A DNA stretch of 32,000 bases. Source: Aeropyrum pernix K1 (GTDB lineage: Archaea > Thermoproteota > Thermoprotei_A > Sulfolobales > Acidilobaceae). The stretch lies in contig NC_000854.2 in the NCBI RefSeq assembly GCF_000011125.1, positions 810,001-842,000 on the forward strand, written 5' to 3'. How positions within the stretch are numbered: the stretch's first letter is position 1; every line of letters starts with the position of its first letter. Shown here in pieces: positions 6,848-15,404 of this stretch. A program made the translations under genes and the position numbers. Under the pieces are notes generated by a model. The model was not told the DNA's origin, ran no database searches, and saw only the letters and a program-made list of their open reading frames with translations.

Positions 6848-9800
6848 TTGTCTCAGCAGAAGGGTGAAGGCAATGGTGGAGGTCCTGTCAAGCTGAGCAG
6901 GCGCGGCTTCTTGAAGGTGCTCGCGGCCGCCGGCCTGCTGTCGAGCCTCGGCCCGCTGGCTTCCGCTCTCTCCAGCAACAGATATCTCACCACAATCGAG
7001 ACCCCCCGCCTCGGCTACCCCGAGGACCTCAGGGGCTGGGAGAAGTTCTACAGGGACATGTGGGCCTATGATAAGGTGGCGAGGAGCACCCACGGAGTCA
7101 ACTGTACTGGGAGCTGCAGCTGGATGGTTTACGTCAAGGACGGTATAGTAGCTTACGAGCTCCAGGCTGGCGACTACCCTGACATAGGGCCCAGCTACCC
7201 CAACTACGAGCCCAGGGGCTGTCCCAGGGGTGCAAGCACCTCCTGGTACCTCTACAGCCCCTTGAGGGTGAAGTACCCCTACGTCAGGAAGCCTCTCCTG
7301 GAGCTTTGGAGGGAGGCTAGGAGCAGCTACAGCGATCCTGTGGAGGCCTGGGCTGGTATAGTCGAGGATCCTGATAAGAGGAGCAGGTATGTGAGGGCGA
7401 GGGGTCTTGGAGGCTGGGTCAGGGCCGACTGGGACACCGTTCTGGAGATAATAGCCTCGGCCCTCGTGTACACAATCAAGAAGTACGGGCCCGACCGGAT
7501 ATTCGGCTTCACCCCCATACCCGCAATGAGCCCCGTCAGCTACGCCAGCGGCGCCAGGTTCATAGAGCTAATAGGAGGCTCCATGGGCAGCTTCTACGAC
7601 TGGTACGCCGATCTTCCGCCGGCGAGCCCCCAGGTTTGGGGTGAGCAGACGGACGTCCCGGAGAGCGCTGACTGGTTCAACGCAGCCTACATTATAAACT
7701 TCGGCACCAACATACCGATGACCAGGACTCCGGACGCCCAGTTCTTCACGGAGGTTAGGTACAAGGGCACGAAGATCGTGGTGGTGAGCCCAGACTTCAG
7801 CGAGCACACCAGGTTCGCCGACGTCTGGGTCCCCATTAAGGAAGGCACCGACGGGGCCTTCGCCATCTCTATGGCGCACGTTATACTGAGGGAGTACTAC
7901 GTGGAGAGGCAGGTAGACTTCTTCATAGACTATGTCAAGAGGTTTACAGACCTGCCCTTCCTGATCGTGCTGGAGCCCTATGAAGGCGGCTACAGGCCCG
8001 GCAAGTTCCTGAGGCTCTCCGACCTACACCCCGAGGAGTACTACAGCGAGGGCTACAGCGGCGAGCCTAACAAGGAGTGGAAGCTCCTCGTGTACGACTC
8101 GAACACAGGCAGGCCGAGGCTTGTGAACGGGAGCATAGGCTACCGGTGGGACGGCAGCGGCAAGTGGAACCTCAAGCTCGAAGACCCGATCACCGGGGAG
8201 CCTGTGGACCCGAAGCTCTCCTTAATAGACGATAGCGACGAGGTGGTGATGGTAAAGTTCCCGGTGTTCGGGGCCTCCTTCGGCGAGAAGGGCATAGTGG
8301 AGAGGGGTGTGCCGGCGAAGAGGGTGAAGCTCGCCGACGGCAGCGAGGCCCTTGTGGCCACGGTGTTCGACCTCCTGGCGGCCTATCTGGGCGTTGACAG
8401 GGGCCTCCCCGGCGACTATCCGGCGGGATACGATGATAAGAAGCCCTTCACCCCGGCTTGGCAGGAGGACATAACCGGTGTGAGCAGGGAGCTCGCCATA
8501 AGACTCGCCAGGGAGTGGGCTGACACGGCGGTGAAGACCCGGGGCAGGGTCATGGTCATGCTGGGCCCGGGCGTCAACCACTGGTTCCACAGCGACCTCC
8601 ACTACAGGGCCATACTGACCCTAGTCAAGCTGACTGGAGCGGAAGGCAGGAACGGGGGAGGATGGGCCCACTACGTCGGCCAGGAGAAGATCAGGACGAT
8701 AGCGGGCTGGGCCAAGCTGGCCTTCGCCCTGGACTGGGTCTTGCCGCCGAGGCACCAGAACAGCCCGAGCTTCTACTACGTCCACACGGACCAGTGGAGG
8801 TATGACAGGCTGACCACGGACTACTATGAGGGGCCCTGGAGCGACGTGAGGGAGAAGATGAAGTGTAGCCACCCGATGGACTGCAACATAAAGGCCGCCA
8901 GGCTGGGCTGGCTACCCTTCTACCCCCAGTTTAACAGGAGCACGCTGGACCTAGCGGCGGAGGCTAGGAGGCTTGGGAAGGATCCCGTGCAGCACGTGGT
9001 AGACCTTCTGAAGAGCGGCCAGCTGAAGCTGGCGATAGAGGACCCGGACGCCCCTGAGAACTGGATTAGGGTCATGTTCGTCTGGAGGGCTAACCTCCTC
9101 GGCAGCAGCGGCAAGGGCCACGAGTACTTCCTGAAGCACCTGCTGGGGAGCCCGATGGCCCAGCCTATGAGCGAGGAGGTGGACAGGAGCCTCATCAAGG
9201 AGGTTGTATGGAGGGCCGCCCCCGAGGGGAAGCTGGACCTCCTGGTGGCAATAGACTTCAGGATGGCCACCACCCCGATATACGCCGACATAGTGCTCCC
9301 CGCCGCGACATGGTATGAGAAGTACGATCTGAGCATGACAGACCTCCACACGTTCCTACACCCCTTCACCCCCGCAGTGGACCCGCTTTGGGAGAGCAAG
9401 AGCGACTGGGACATATTCAAAGAGCTGGCGAGGAAGTTCAGCGAGATAGCGGCCAACCACTTCCCAGACGAGGTCGAGGACATCGTAGCCAGGCCCCTCT
9501 GGCACGACACGCCCATGGAGATAGCCCAGCCCTACGGTGTCGAGAAGGACTGGAGGTATGGCGAGACGGAGCCGGTGCCGGGCAAGACGATGTGGGACCT
9601 TAAGGTGGTTAAGAGGGACTACAGGAACGTGTACAAGATGTTCATAAGCCTGGGGCCGAAGGCCAGGAAGGCCGGCGTCAAGGGAGTAAGCTACGACACC
9701 AGCGACATCTACGAGATGCTGAAGGAGGACCTGGGCGTAGTGTACTGGGAGAAGTGTCCCGACGGCTGTCCAAGCGTAGAGAGCGACAAGAACGCAGCCG

Positions 9801-10699
9801 AGGCTATACTAGCCCTGAGCCCTGAGGCCAACGGCCTGGTGGGTGAGAGGAGCTTCGCCAGCCTCGAGGCCAAGGCTGGCGTGCCGCTAAAGGACCTGGC
9901 GAAGAGTAGGGAGTGGTATAAGTTCGACGACCTTGTAGGCCAGCCTAGGAGGTCCCACACGAGCCCGATGTGGAGCGGTATAGAGGACTTCAACAGGGCC
10001 TACGCACCCTTCACCATAAACACGGAGAAGCTGGTCCCCTGGAGGACCCTCACCGGTAGGCAGCACTTCTACCTCGACCACGACTGGTTCATAGCCCTCG
10101 GAGAGATGCTGCCTACCTACAAGCCTCCCGTTGACCCTGTTAGGCTCGGCTACCTGAAGAACGCTGCGGCGAGGCTTGGGATCACGAGGATGAACGGCTA
10201 CAGGATCGAGGAGGGCGGCAGGAGGTATCTCTTGCTGAGGTACCTCACGCCCCACGGTAAGTGGAACATACACAGCGAGTTCTGGGACAACCTGAAGATG
10301 CTGACCCTGTTCAGGGGAGGCCAGGTGGTGTGGCTGAACGACGAGGACGCGAGGTGGGCCGGGATAGAGGACAACGACTGGGTGGAGATAGTAAACGACA
10401 ACGGAGTCATAGTGGCGAGGGTCGCCACCAGCCCGAGGATACCCAAGGGGGTCGCCATAATGTACCACGCCCAGGAGAGGCATATCTACGTCAGGCCGAG
10501 CAAGCTAACCGGCAAGAAGGGAGGGATCCACAACAGCGTCACCAGGGCAGACCTTAAGGTCAACCTCATGGTGGGAGGCTACGCGCAGCTGAGCTACTTC
10601 TTCAACTACTACGGCCCGACGGGTGTCGACAGGGACACCATGGTTATAGTATACCTACACGACAAGCTAGGCGCCAAGGCACCCCAGCCTGGAGCCTAG
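6848..10699 (+). CDS. narG: Respiratory nitrate reductase alpha subunit (Mo-bisMGD, NarG type) with twin-arginine export signal
   Basis: 1283 aa. The Tat motif is KLSRRGFLKVLAAAGLLSSLGPLASA. The FS0 cluster motif is HGVNCTGSCSW...EPRGCPRGASTSWYLYS. The Mo-Asp context is SFYDWYADLPPASPQVWGEQTDVPESADW, followed by TRTPDAQFFTEVRYKGTKIVVVSPDFSE. All are near-identical to E. coli NarG as I remember it. The start is TTG, preceded by GGAGGGTGA. Confidence 0.95.
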   Translation: MSQQKGEGNGGGPVKLSRRGFLKVLAAAGLLSSLGPLASALSSNRYLTTIETPRLGYPEDLRGWEKFYRDMWAYDKVARSTHGVNCTGSCSWMVYVKDGIVAYELQAGDYPDIGPSYPNYEPRGCPRGASTSWYLYSPLRVKYPYVRKPLLELWREARSSYSDPVEAWAGIVEDPDKRSRYVRARGLGGWVRADWDTVLEIIASALVYTIKKYGPDRIFGFTPIPAMSPVSYASGARFIELIGGSMGSFYDWYADLPPASPQVWGEQTDVPESADWFNAAYIINFGTNIPMTRTPDAQFFTEVRYKGTKIVVVSPDFSEHTRFADVWVPIKEGTDGAFAISMAHVILREYYVERQVDFFIDYVKRFTDLPFLIVLEPYEGGYRPGKFLRLSDLHPEEYYSEGYSGEPNKEWKLLVYDSNTGRPRLVNGSIGYRWDGSGKWNLKLEDPITGEPVDPKLSLIDDSDEVVMVKFPVFGASFGEKGIVERGVPAKRVKLADGSEALVATVFDLLAAYLGVDRGLPGDYPAGYDDKKPFTPAWQEDITGVSRELAIRLAREWADTAVKTRGRVMVMLGPGVNHWFHSDLHYRAILTLVKLTGAEGRNGGGWAHYVGQEKIRTIAGWAKLAFALDWVLPPRHQNSPSFYYVHTDQWRYDRLTTDYYEGPWSDVREKMKCSHPMDCNIKAARLGWLPFYPQFNRSTLDLAAEARRLGKDPVQHVVDLLKSGQLKLAIEDPDAPENWIRVMFVWRANLLGSSGKGHEYFLKHLLGSPMAQPMSEEVDRSLIKEVVWRAAPEGKLDLLVAIDFRMATTPIYADIVLPAATWYEKYDLSMTDLHTFLHPFTPAVDPLWESKSDWDIFKELARKFSEIAANHFPDEVEDIVARPLWHDTPMEIAQPYGVEKDWRYGETEPVPGKTMWDLKVVKRDYRNVYKMFISLGPKARKAGVKGVSYDTSDIYEMLKEDLGVVYWEKCPDGCPSVESDKNAAEAILALSPEANGLVGERSFASLEAKAGVPLKDLAKSREWYKFDDLVGQPRRSHTSPMWSGIEDFNRAYAPFTINTEKLVPWRTLTGRQHFYLDHDWFIALGEMLPTYKPPVDPVRLGYLKNAAARLGITRMNGYRIEEGGRRYLLLRYLTPHGKWNIHSEFWDNLKMLTLFRGGQVVWLNDEDARWAGIEDNDWVEIVNDNGVIVARVATSPRIPKGVAIMYHAQERHIYVRPSKLTGKKGGIHNSVTRADLKVNLMVGGYAQLSYFFNYYGPTGVDRDTMVIVYLHDKLGAKAPQPGA

Positions 10700-10732
10700 T
10701 TTTTACGGGGTGGTGCTTGGTAGGGGGTGTGA

Positions 10733-12133
10733 ATGGAGATGGTTAGGGCTCAGCTCTCCATGGTGATGGTGCTGGATAAGTGTATAGGCTGCCACACGTG
10801 CAGCCTAACCTGTAAGAACGTTTGGACCAACAGGGAGGGCCAGGAGTACGCATGGTGGAACAACGTAGAGACGAGGCCCGGCGTAGGCTACCCGAAGACC
10901 TGGGAGAACCAGGAGAAGTATGGCGGCGGCTGGGTGCTGAGGAACGGGAAGCTGAGGCTCAGGCTGGAGACCGGCAGGTTCAAGACGCCTGGCAGGGAAG
11001 ACTACTACGAGCCCTTCACATACAACTACGAGAACCTGTTCTCCGAGGAGCTGTCTGACCAGCAGCCCCACGCGGACCCGATAAGCATGTACAGCGGCGA
11101 GAAGATCGACGTGCAGTGGGGCCCCAACTTCGACGACGACCTCGCCGGAGGCGACCTGACGATACCCGCCGACCCCAACTGGTCGGGGATAGATAAGGCT
11201 ATATACAAGGAGTTTAAGAACGTGTTCATGTTCTACCTGCCGAGGATATGCAACCACTGCCTCAACCCAAGCTGCCTCGCCGCCTGCCCCAGGAAGAGCG
11301 TCTACAAGAGGCCTGAGGACGGTATAGTCCTGATAGACCAGACTAGGTGCAGAGGATACAGGCAGTGCGTCCAGGCATGCCCCTACAAGAAGGTCTACTA
11401 CAACTGGAAGACGGGTAAGAGCGAGAAATGTATATTCTGCTTCCCAAGGATAGAGACGGGCCAGCCGCCCGTCTGTGCACTGACCTGCGTCGGCAAGATA
11501 AGGTATGTGGGGGTAGTTCTATACGACGAGGAAAGGGTTCTCGAGGCTGCCAAGGCTCCGGAGGACCAGCTCGTCGCCCTGCAGAGGGACATAATCCTAG
11601 ACCCCTTCGACCCACAGGTGGTGAAGGCCGCTAGAGAGTCTGGAGTCCCGGACAACTTTATAGAGGCGGCTAGGAAGAGCCCCATATACTATATGTTCAA
11701 GAAGTGGGAGATAGCGCTGCCTCTACACCCCGAGTTCAGGACGCTGCCCATGGTGTTCTACGTGCCGCCGCTCAACCCCGTGGTGACGGTGCTAGACAGG
11801 AACGGCAAGTACAGCGCGGACTACGACAGCATACTACCGACTATAGACAAGCTCAGGATACCCATAAGGTACCTCGCAAACATGTTCGCTGCCGGAAACG
11901 AGGAGGAGGTTAGGAAAGCCCTCAAGAGGCTCCTAGCGATAAGAGAGTTCTTCAGGCAGATAGAGGTTGAGGGTAAGAGCAGGAGCGAGGCTGCGTGGGT
12001 GCTGGAGGAGAACGGCCTCACAGTGGAGGACGCCGACATGATGTTCAGGTGGCTAGCCCTCAGCAGAGACAGGTACGTGATACCCACCGCCAAGAAGGAG
12101 CTCCGAATCAGGCTGCCGAGCAAGGGCAGGTAG
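10733..12133 (+). CDS. narH: Respiratory nitrate reductase beta subunit (four Fe-S clusters)
   Basis: 466 aa. The N-terminus VLDKCIGCHTCSLTCKNVWTNREGQEYAWWNNVETRPG matches NarH. Further Cys groups are CNHCLNPSCLAACP, CRGYRQCVQACP and CIFCFPRIETGQPPVCALTCVG. An SD-like GGGGGTGTG precedes the ATG. Confidence 0.95.
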   Translation: MEMVRAQLSMVMVLDKCIGCHTCSLTCKNVWTNREGQEYAWWNNVETRPGVGYPKTWENQEKYGGGWVLRNGKLRLRLETGRFKTPGREDYYEPFTYNYENLFSEELSDQQPHADPISMYSGEKIDVQWGPNFDDDLAGGDLTIPADPNWSGIDKAIYKEFKNVFMFYLPRICNHCLNPSCLAACPRKSVYKRPEDGIVLIDQTRCRGYRQCVQACPYKKVYYNWKTGKSEKCIFCFPRIETGQPPVCALTCVGKIRYVGVVLYDEERVLEAAKAPEDQLVALQRDIILDPFDPQVVKAARESGVPDNFIEAARKSPIYYMFKKWEIALPLHPEFRTLPMVFYVPPLNPVVTVLDRNGKYSADYDSILPTIDKLRIPIRYLANMFAAGNEEEVRKALKRLLAIREFFRQIEVEGKSRSEAAWVLEENGLTVEDADMMFRWLALSRDRYVIPTAKKELRIRLPSKGR

Positions 12134-12152
12134 GGCCCGGGGGTGTGGAGCT

Positions 12153-13118
12153 GTGGCTACGGTGGCTGGCCGCGGTCTAGCAGTGCTAGCCCTTCTGGCC
12201 CTCGCCGCCCTAATAGCAGGCGTAGCAGGCTTCGCCGTGGTGACAGCCCAGGTCCCGGGTATAAACGCTGTGTACGTGGATGGGGCTATACCCCTCGACC
12301 CTACGGACAGCTTCTGGCAGCAGATGGAGAAGGCTGAGATATCCCTTGTCTCACAGAACATAGTATACCCGATGACTGGCTACGAGGACGTTAGGACCCT
12401 GCGGGTCGCCGCGGCGGTCAGCAGCGAGGGCATCCTAGCTATATACCTGGAGTGGGAAGACCCAACGATGGATGTGCCGCAGCCGGGAGGCATCGACGAG
12501 TATCCAGACAAGGTTGCCGTTCAGTTCCCGCTCTCCAGCGACTCCCTACCCTACATATGCATGGGCACCGCTGAGCAGCCCGTGAGCATAGTGCTGTGGA
12601 GCGCCTCTGGTTCTACAGAGACGTTGATAGCTGGCAGCGCCTACGGCATGAGCCCCGAGCATAGGGAGGCTCTGGGGCTGCACAGCGTCCCCACGAGCCC
12701 AATAGAGCTGGTGCCCCCAGAAGCCCAGGTCTGGGGCTCTAACGCTGTGTACAAAGATGGCAAGTGGATGGTGGTCCTCTACAGGCCCACGGGCTCCATA
12801 CACGAGTTGGTACCCACACTCGAGCCTGGAAGCGAGACGTCCGTGGCCTTCGCTGTATGGCAGGGTAGCAAGGCGGAGGTCGGGGGTAAGAAGAGCACCA
12901 GCGCCTGGTTCACCATGAGGCTTGGAATGCCCGAGGCTGCTCCCGGAGAGACGGTGACAGTCACGGAGACTCAGCCTGGGGAGACGGTGTACGAGACTGT
13001 AACCGAGACTATGACGAGGGGAGGCCTAGGACTTGCTCTTGCAGGCTTCATAGTAGGGGTCATAATCTACACTGTGGCCGTGGCGGCCTACATCTACCTG
13101 GTCAGGCCGAGGAGATAG
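12153..13118 (+). CDS. Putative haem-b subunit of type II DMSO-reductase-family enzymes (EB_dh/EbdC-SerC-DdhC-like; 'NarM'-like), with signal peptide and C-terminal TM anchor
   Basis: 321 aa with a GTG start after GGGGGTGTG. The signal-like N-terminus is GRGLAVLALLALAALIAGVAGFAVVTAQV. Candidate Met and Lys axial ligands lie in PYICMGTAEQP and VWQGSKAEVGGKKSTSAWF. A Thr/Glu repeat stalk GETVTVTETQPGETVYETVTETMT is followed by the TM segment LGLALAGFIVGVIIYTVAVAAYIYLVRPRR. The position directly after narH supports the call, but the family assignment is from memory of the EB_dh pattern. Confidence 0.6.
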   Translation: MATVAGRGLAVLALLALAALIAGVAGFAVVTAQVPGINAVYVDGAIPLDPTDSFWQQMEKAEISLVSQNIVYPMTGYEDVRTLRVAAAVSSEGILAIYLEWEDPTMDVPQPGGIDEYPDKVAVQFPLSSDSLPYICMGTAEQPVSIVLWSASGSTETLIAGSAYGMSPEHREALGLHSVPTSPIELVPPEAQVWGSNAVYKDGKWMVVLYRPTGSIHELVPTLEPGSETSVAFAVWQGSKAEVGGKKSTSAWFTMRLGMPEAAPGETVTVTETQPGETVYETVTETMTRGGLGLALAGFIVGVIIYTVAVAAYIYLVRPRR

Positions 13119-13138
13119 AATAGGGCCTAATGCAACGG

Positions 13139-13144
13139 TTTTTT
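13139..13144 (+). terminator. Oligo-T tract (T6), possible archaeal intrinsic terminator or attenuation point after the haem-b subunit gene
   Basis: ACGGTTTTTTAACC lies 21 nt after the stop at 13118. It is followed by a 154-nt gap with AT-rich TATA-like GTATAGTATA before the next ORF. Confidence 0.35.
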
Positions 13145-13272
13145 AACCCCTTCCTCCCATCCAAAACTTCTACGCACTTGTATGACCCCGGGGGTTTTCC
13201 CTGATGTATCCTATTCCACTGTATTTGGGTATAGTATACGAGTGTGCAGGAGTATAATGGAGGGTGGGTTAG

Positions 13273-14079
13273 TTGGGGAGTTCTGAGGGCCCGCGGGGTG
13301 AGTGGTTTGAGACTCTTCGAGGGCTAGCCCTCGAGTGGCTCCGCATGGCTGCCCCTGTGCTGGTAGCTGTGTACCTGGCTGAGCTCATTTTCAATAGGAT
13401 TCTATTTAGAGTGATCATCTTTATTCCGTACGGGGAGGCTCAGGATATTGTGGGTAGCCTGATAACCGTTGCTGGCGTTACTGCTGTTAACCTCAGCGTC
13501 CTCGCATCCCTGGCCACCCTTCTGGCACTCCCTCTCTACATGGAGAGGTTCAGGTATGTTCCGCTAGTCATCGCCTCCTTCTACATCTTCGACTATCTCG
13601 GGGTGGCCAGGCTCTATTGGACGCTCCCCCTTCTGGCAGCGTACATACTGGCAGTGGATCCTAAGAGGATTGTGGAGTCCCTGTTCCTCACAGCCCTCGC
13701 CCTGGACTCGATGCTGGTGGACCCCCGGCTTGACACGGTCCTGAACCTACTGTGGCTGGTATTGCCCTTAGCGTACATAGCAGTCACGAGGAGCGTGAGC
13801 ATACCCCGTGGGAAGAGCCTAGCTATAGTCTCGGCGGCGGTTCTCGTGAGCCTCTTGCTTATCGCGGGTAACACATACATCATGGGGCAGATACTGGTTT
13901 TCGCCATGGAGCTCTTGTCTCCTTGGCTACTCCCGCCCGCCATAATCCTCTACAGCCTCACAGGCAGCCTCGGCCTGCTGGGGGTGTTGATGACGGGCCC
14001 TGGCATCCAGATATCCAGCCAGATTCTAGCAGTATCCAGCCTATACCTGCTGGAGCTTAACAGAGGGAGGTGGGAGTAG
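13273..14079 (+). CDS. Polytopic membrane protein (about 8-9 TM) with no His and no Cys, encoded inside the nar operon
   Basis: 268 aa, strongly hydrophobic with regularly spaced TM-length segments. The start is TTG 13273 or ATG 13345. Its stop (14077-14079) abuts the narJ ATG (14082). I found no H or C in the translation. Confidence 0.7.
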   Translation: MGSSEGPRGEWFETLRGLALEWLRMAAPVLVAVYLAELIFNRILFRVIIFIPYGEAQDIVGSLITVAGVTAVNLSVLASLATLLALPLYMERFRYVPLVIASFYIFDYLGVARLYWTLPLLAAYILAVDPKRIVESLFLTALALDSMLVDPRLDTVLNLLWLVLPLAYIAVTRSVSIPRGKSLAIVSAAVLVSLLLIAGNTYIMGQILVFAMELLSPWLLPPAIILYSLTGSLGLLGVLMTGPGIQISSQILAVSSLYLLELNRGRWE

Positions 14080-14081
14080 AA

Positions 14082-14618
14082 ATGAGGCTGACGCTGAAAA
14101 CTCTAAGCATAATATTCAGCTACCCCAGCGAGGACCTCGAGGAGCTTGTCAGGAACAGGGAGGTTGTTAAGCCTCTTCTCATAGGGGAGGACGGTGAGGC
14201 GGCTGCCCTCATAATGGAGTTCCTAGAGAAGCTGGATCTGGAGAGGGCTGACGAGGAGTATGTAGCCGTGTTCGAGATGCCGCCGAAATGCAGCATCTAC
14301 GCCCACACCTACCTGCTGAAGGGCAAGGAGGATATGGTGGGCCAGCTCCTGCTGGAGGTTAAGAGCCACTATAAGGCTAAGCAGCTTGACATGCCTGTGG
14401 ATAGGGAGATCCCCACCTACCTCCCGGCGATGCTGGAGTACCTGGCTCTGGTTTATGATGAGGACCCTAAGGCCGCCCGCAGGTTCGCGAAGAAGTATCT
14501 TCAGCCGTGGGTCGGCGAGCTCGCGTCGTGTCTAGAGAAGAATAGGAGCCTATGGAGCCTCCCCGCGAAGGCTCTAAAAAGGGTTGTAGATAAGATTGCC
14601 GAGGGCCGGGGCCCCTAG
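14082..14618 (+). CDS. narJ: Nitrate reductase molybdenum-cofactor assembly chaperone (NarJ/TorD family)
   Basis: The NarJ-like pattern is LSIIFSYPSEDL...EYVAVFEMPPKCSIYAHTYLL...YKAKQLDMPVDREIPTYLPAMLEYLALVY. ATG 14082 is preceded by GGGAGGTGGGAG; the ORF track starts at GTG 14070. It is the last gene of the nar cluster. Confidence 0.8.
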   Translation: MRLTLKTLSIIFSYPSEDLEELVRNREVVKPLLIGEDGEAAALIMEFLEKLDLERADEEYVAVFEMPPKCSIYAHTYLLKGKEDMVGQLLLEVKSHYKAKQLDMPVDREIPTYLPAMLEYLALVYDEDPKAARRFAKKYLQPWVGELASCLEKNRSLWSLPAKALKRVVDKIAEGRGP

Positions 14619-15397
14619 ACCCACCTCTTCTTACGCCTATACCACTTGACCTGGGCGTAGCTCGTCCTCTTACCCATGCCGAGGTAGAACTCGGCCACAT
14701 CCTTGTCGAGCCTAAGCTCCTCCGCAGAGCCCTCGAGGACTATCCTCCCATTCTCAATGACGTAGCCGTAGTCCGATATCTCAAGGGCCTTCCGGGCGTT
14801 CTGCTCTGCCAGGAGTATTGTGAGACCCTCCTCCCTGTGGAGCATCTTTATAGTCGCGTATATCTGCGATGTTATCTTGGGCGCCAGCCCGAGGCTGGGC
14901 TCGTCCAGCATGAGGAGCTTGGGCCTGTATAGGAGGGCCATGGCTATGGCCAGCATCTGCTGCTCACCGCCGCTGAGGTTGCCGGCCTTCTCGCCAAGCC
15001 TCTCCTTGAGCCTCGGGAAGTAGCTCAGCACGCTCCGGATATCGTCTCTGGATGCTCCTGCAGCGTAGGCCACGCTTACCAGGTTTTCCTCGGTTGTGAG
15101 TTCCTTGAATATCCTCCTGCCCTCCATCACGTATATTACTCCCCTCCTCGCTATCTCGTCGGGCTCCCTGTTGGTTATGTCCTCGCCCTCGAGTTGGATG
15201 GACCCCCTGGTTACCCTACCCCTCTCGTACTTGATAACGCCGGATACCGCCTTCAGGAGTGTCGTCTTCCCCGCGCCGTTTGGGCCTATTAGGCATGTGA
15301 TGCTCCCCTTCTCCACGCTCAGGCTAAGGTTCTTGATCACTAGTATGAAGGGGTGGTACATTATCTCTACGTTGCTGACATTTAGTAGAGGCCCCAA
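14615..15397 (-). CDS. livF: ABC transporter ATP-binding protein, LivF type
   Basis: Walker A GPNGAGKTT, signature LSGGEQQMLAIAMAL, Walker B LLMLDEPSLGLAP. 260 aa. It is the last gene of the minus-strand operon. Confidence 0.9.
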   Translation of the reverse strand: MGPLLNVSNVEIMYHPFILVIKNLSLSVEKGSITCLIGPNGAGKTTLLKAVSGVIKYERGRVTRGSIQLEGEDITNREPDEIARRGVIYVMEGRRIFKELTTEENLVSVAYAAGASRDDIRSVLSYFPRLKERLGEKAGNLSGGEQQMLAIAMALLYRPKLLMLDEPSLGLAPKITSQIYATIKMLHREEGLTILLAEQNARKALEISDYGYVIENGRIVLEGSAEELRLDKDVAEFYLGMGKRTSYAQVKWYRRKKRWV

Positions 15398-15404
15398 GCC
15401 CCGG

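Noticed and set aside
7327-10483. Numerous antisense or alternate-frame ORFs inside narG (for example 8920-9516, 8951-9349, 9887-10483 and 8222-8602)
   Set aside because: They overlap a gene whose product is near-identical in long stretches to canonical NarG. Their translations are Ser/Arg/Pro/Gly-rich low-complexity strings typical of off-frame reading of GC-rich coding DNA.
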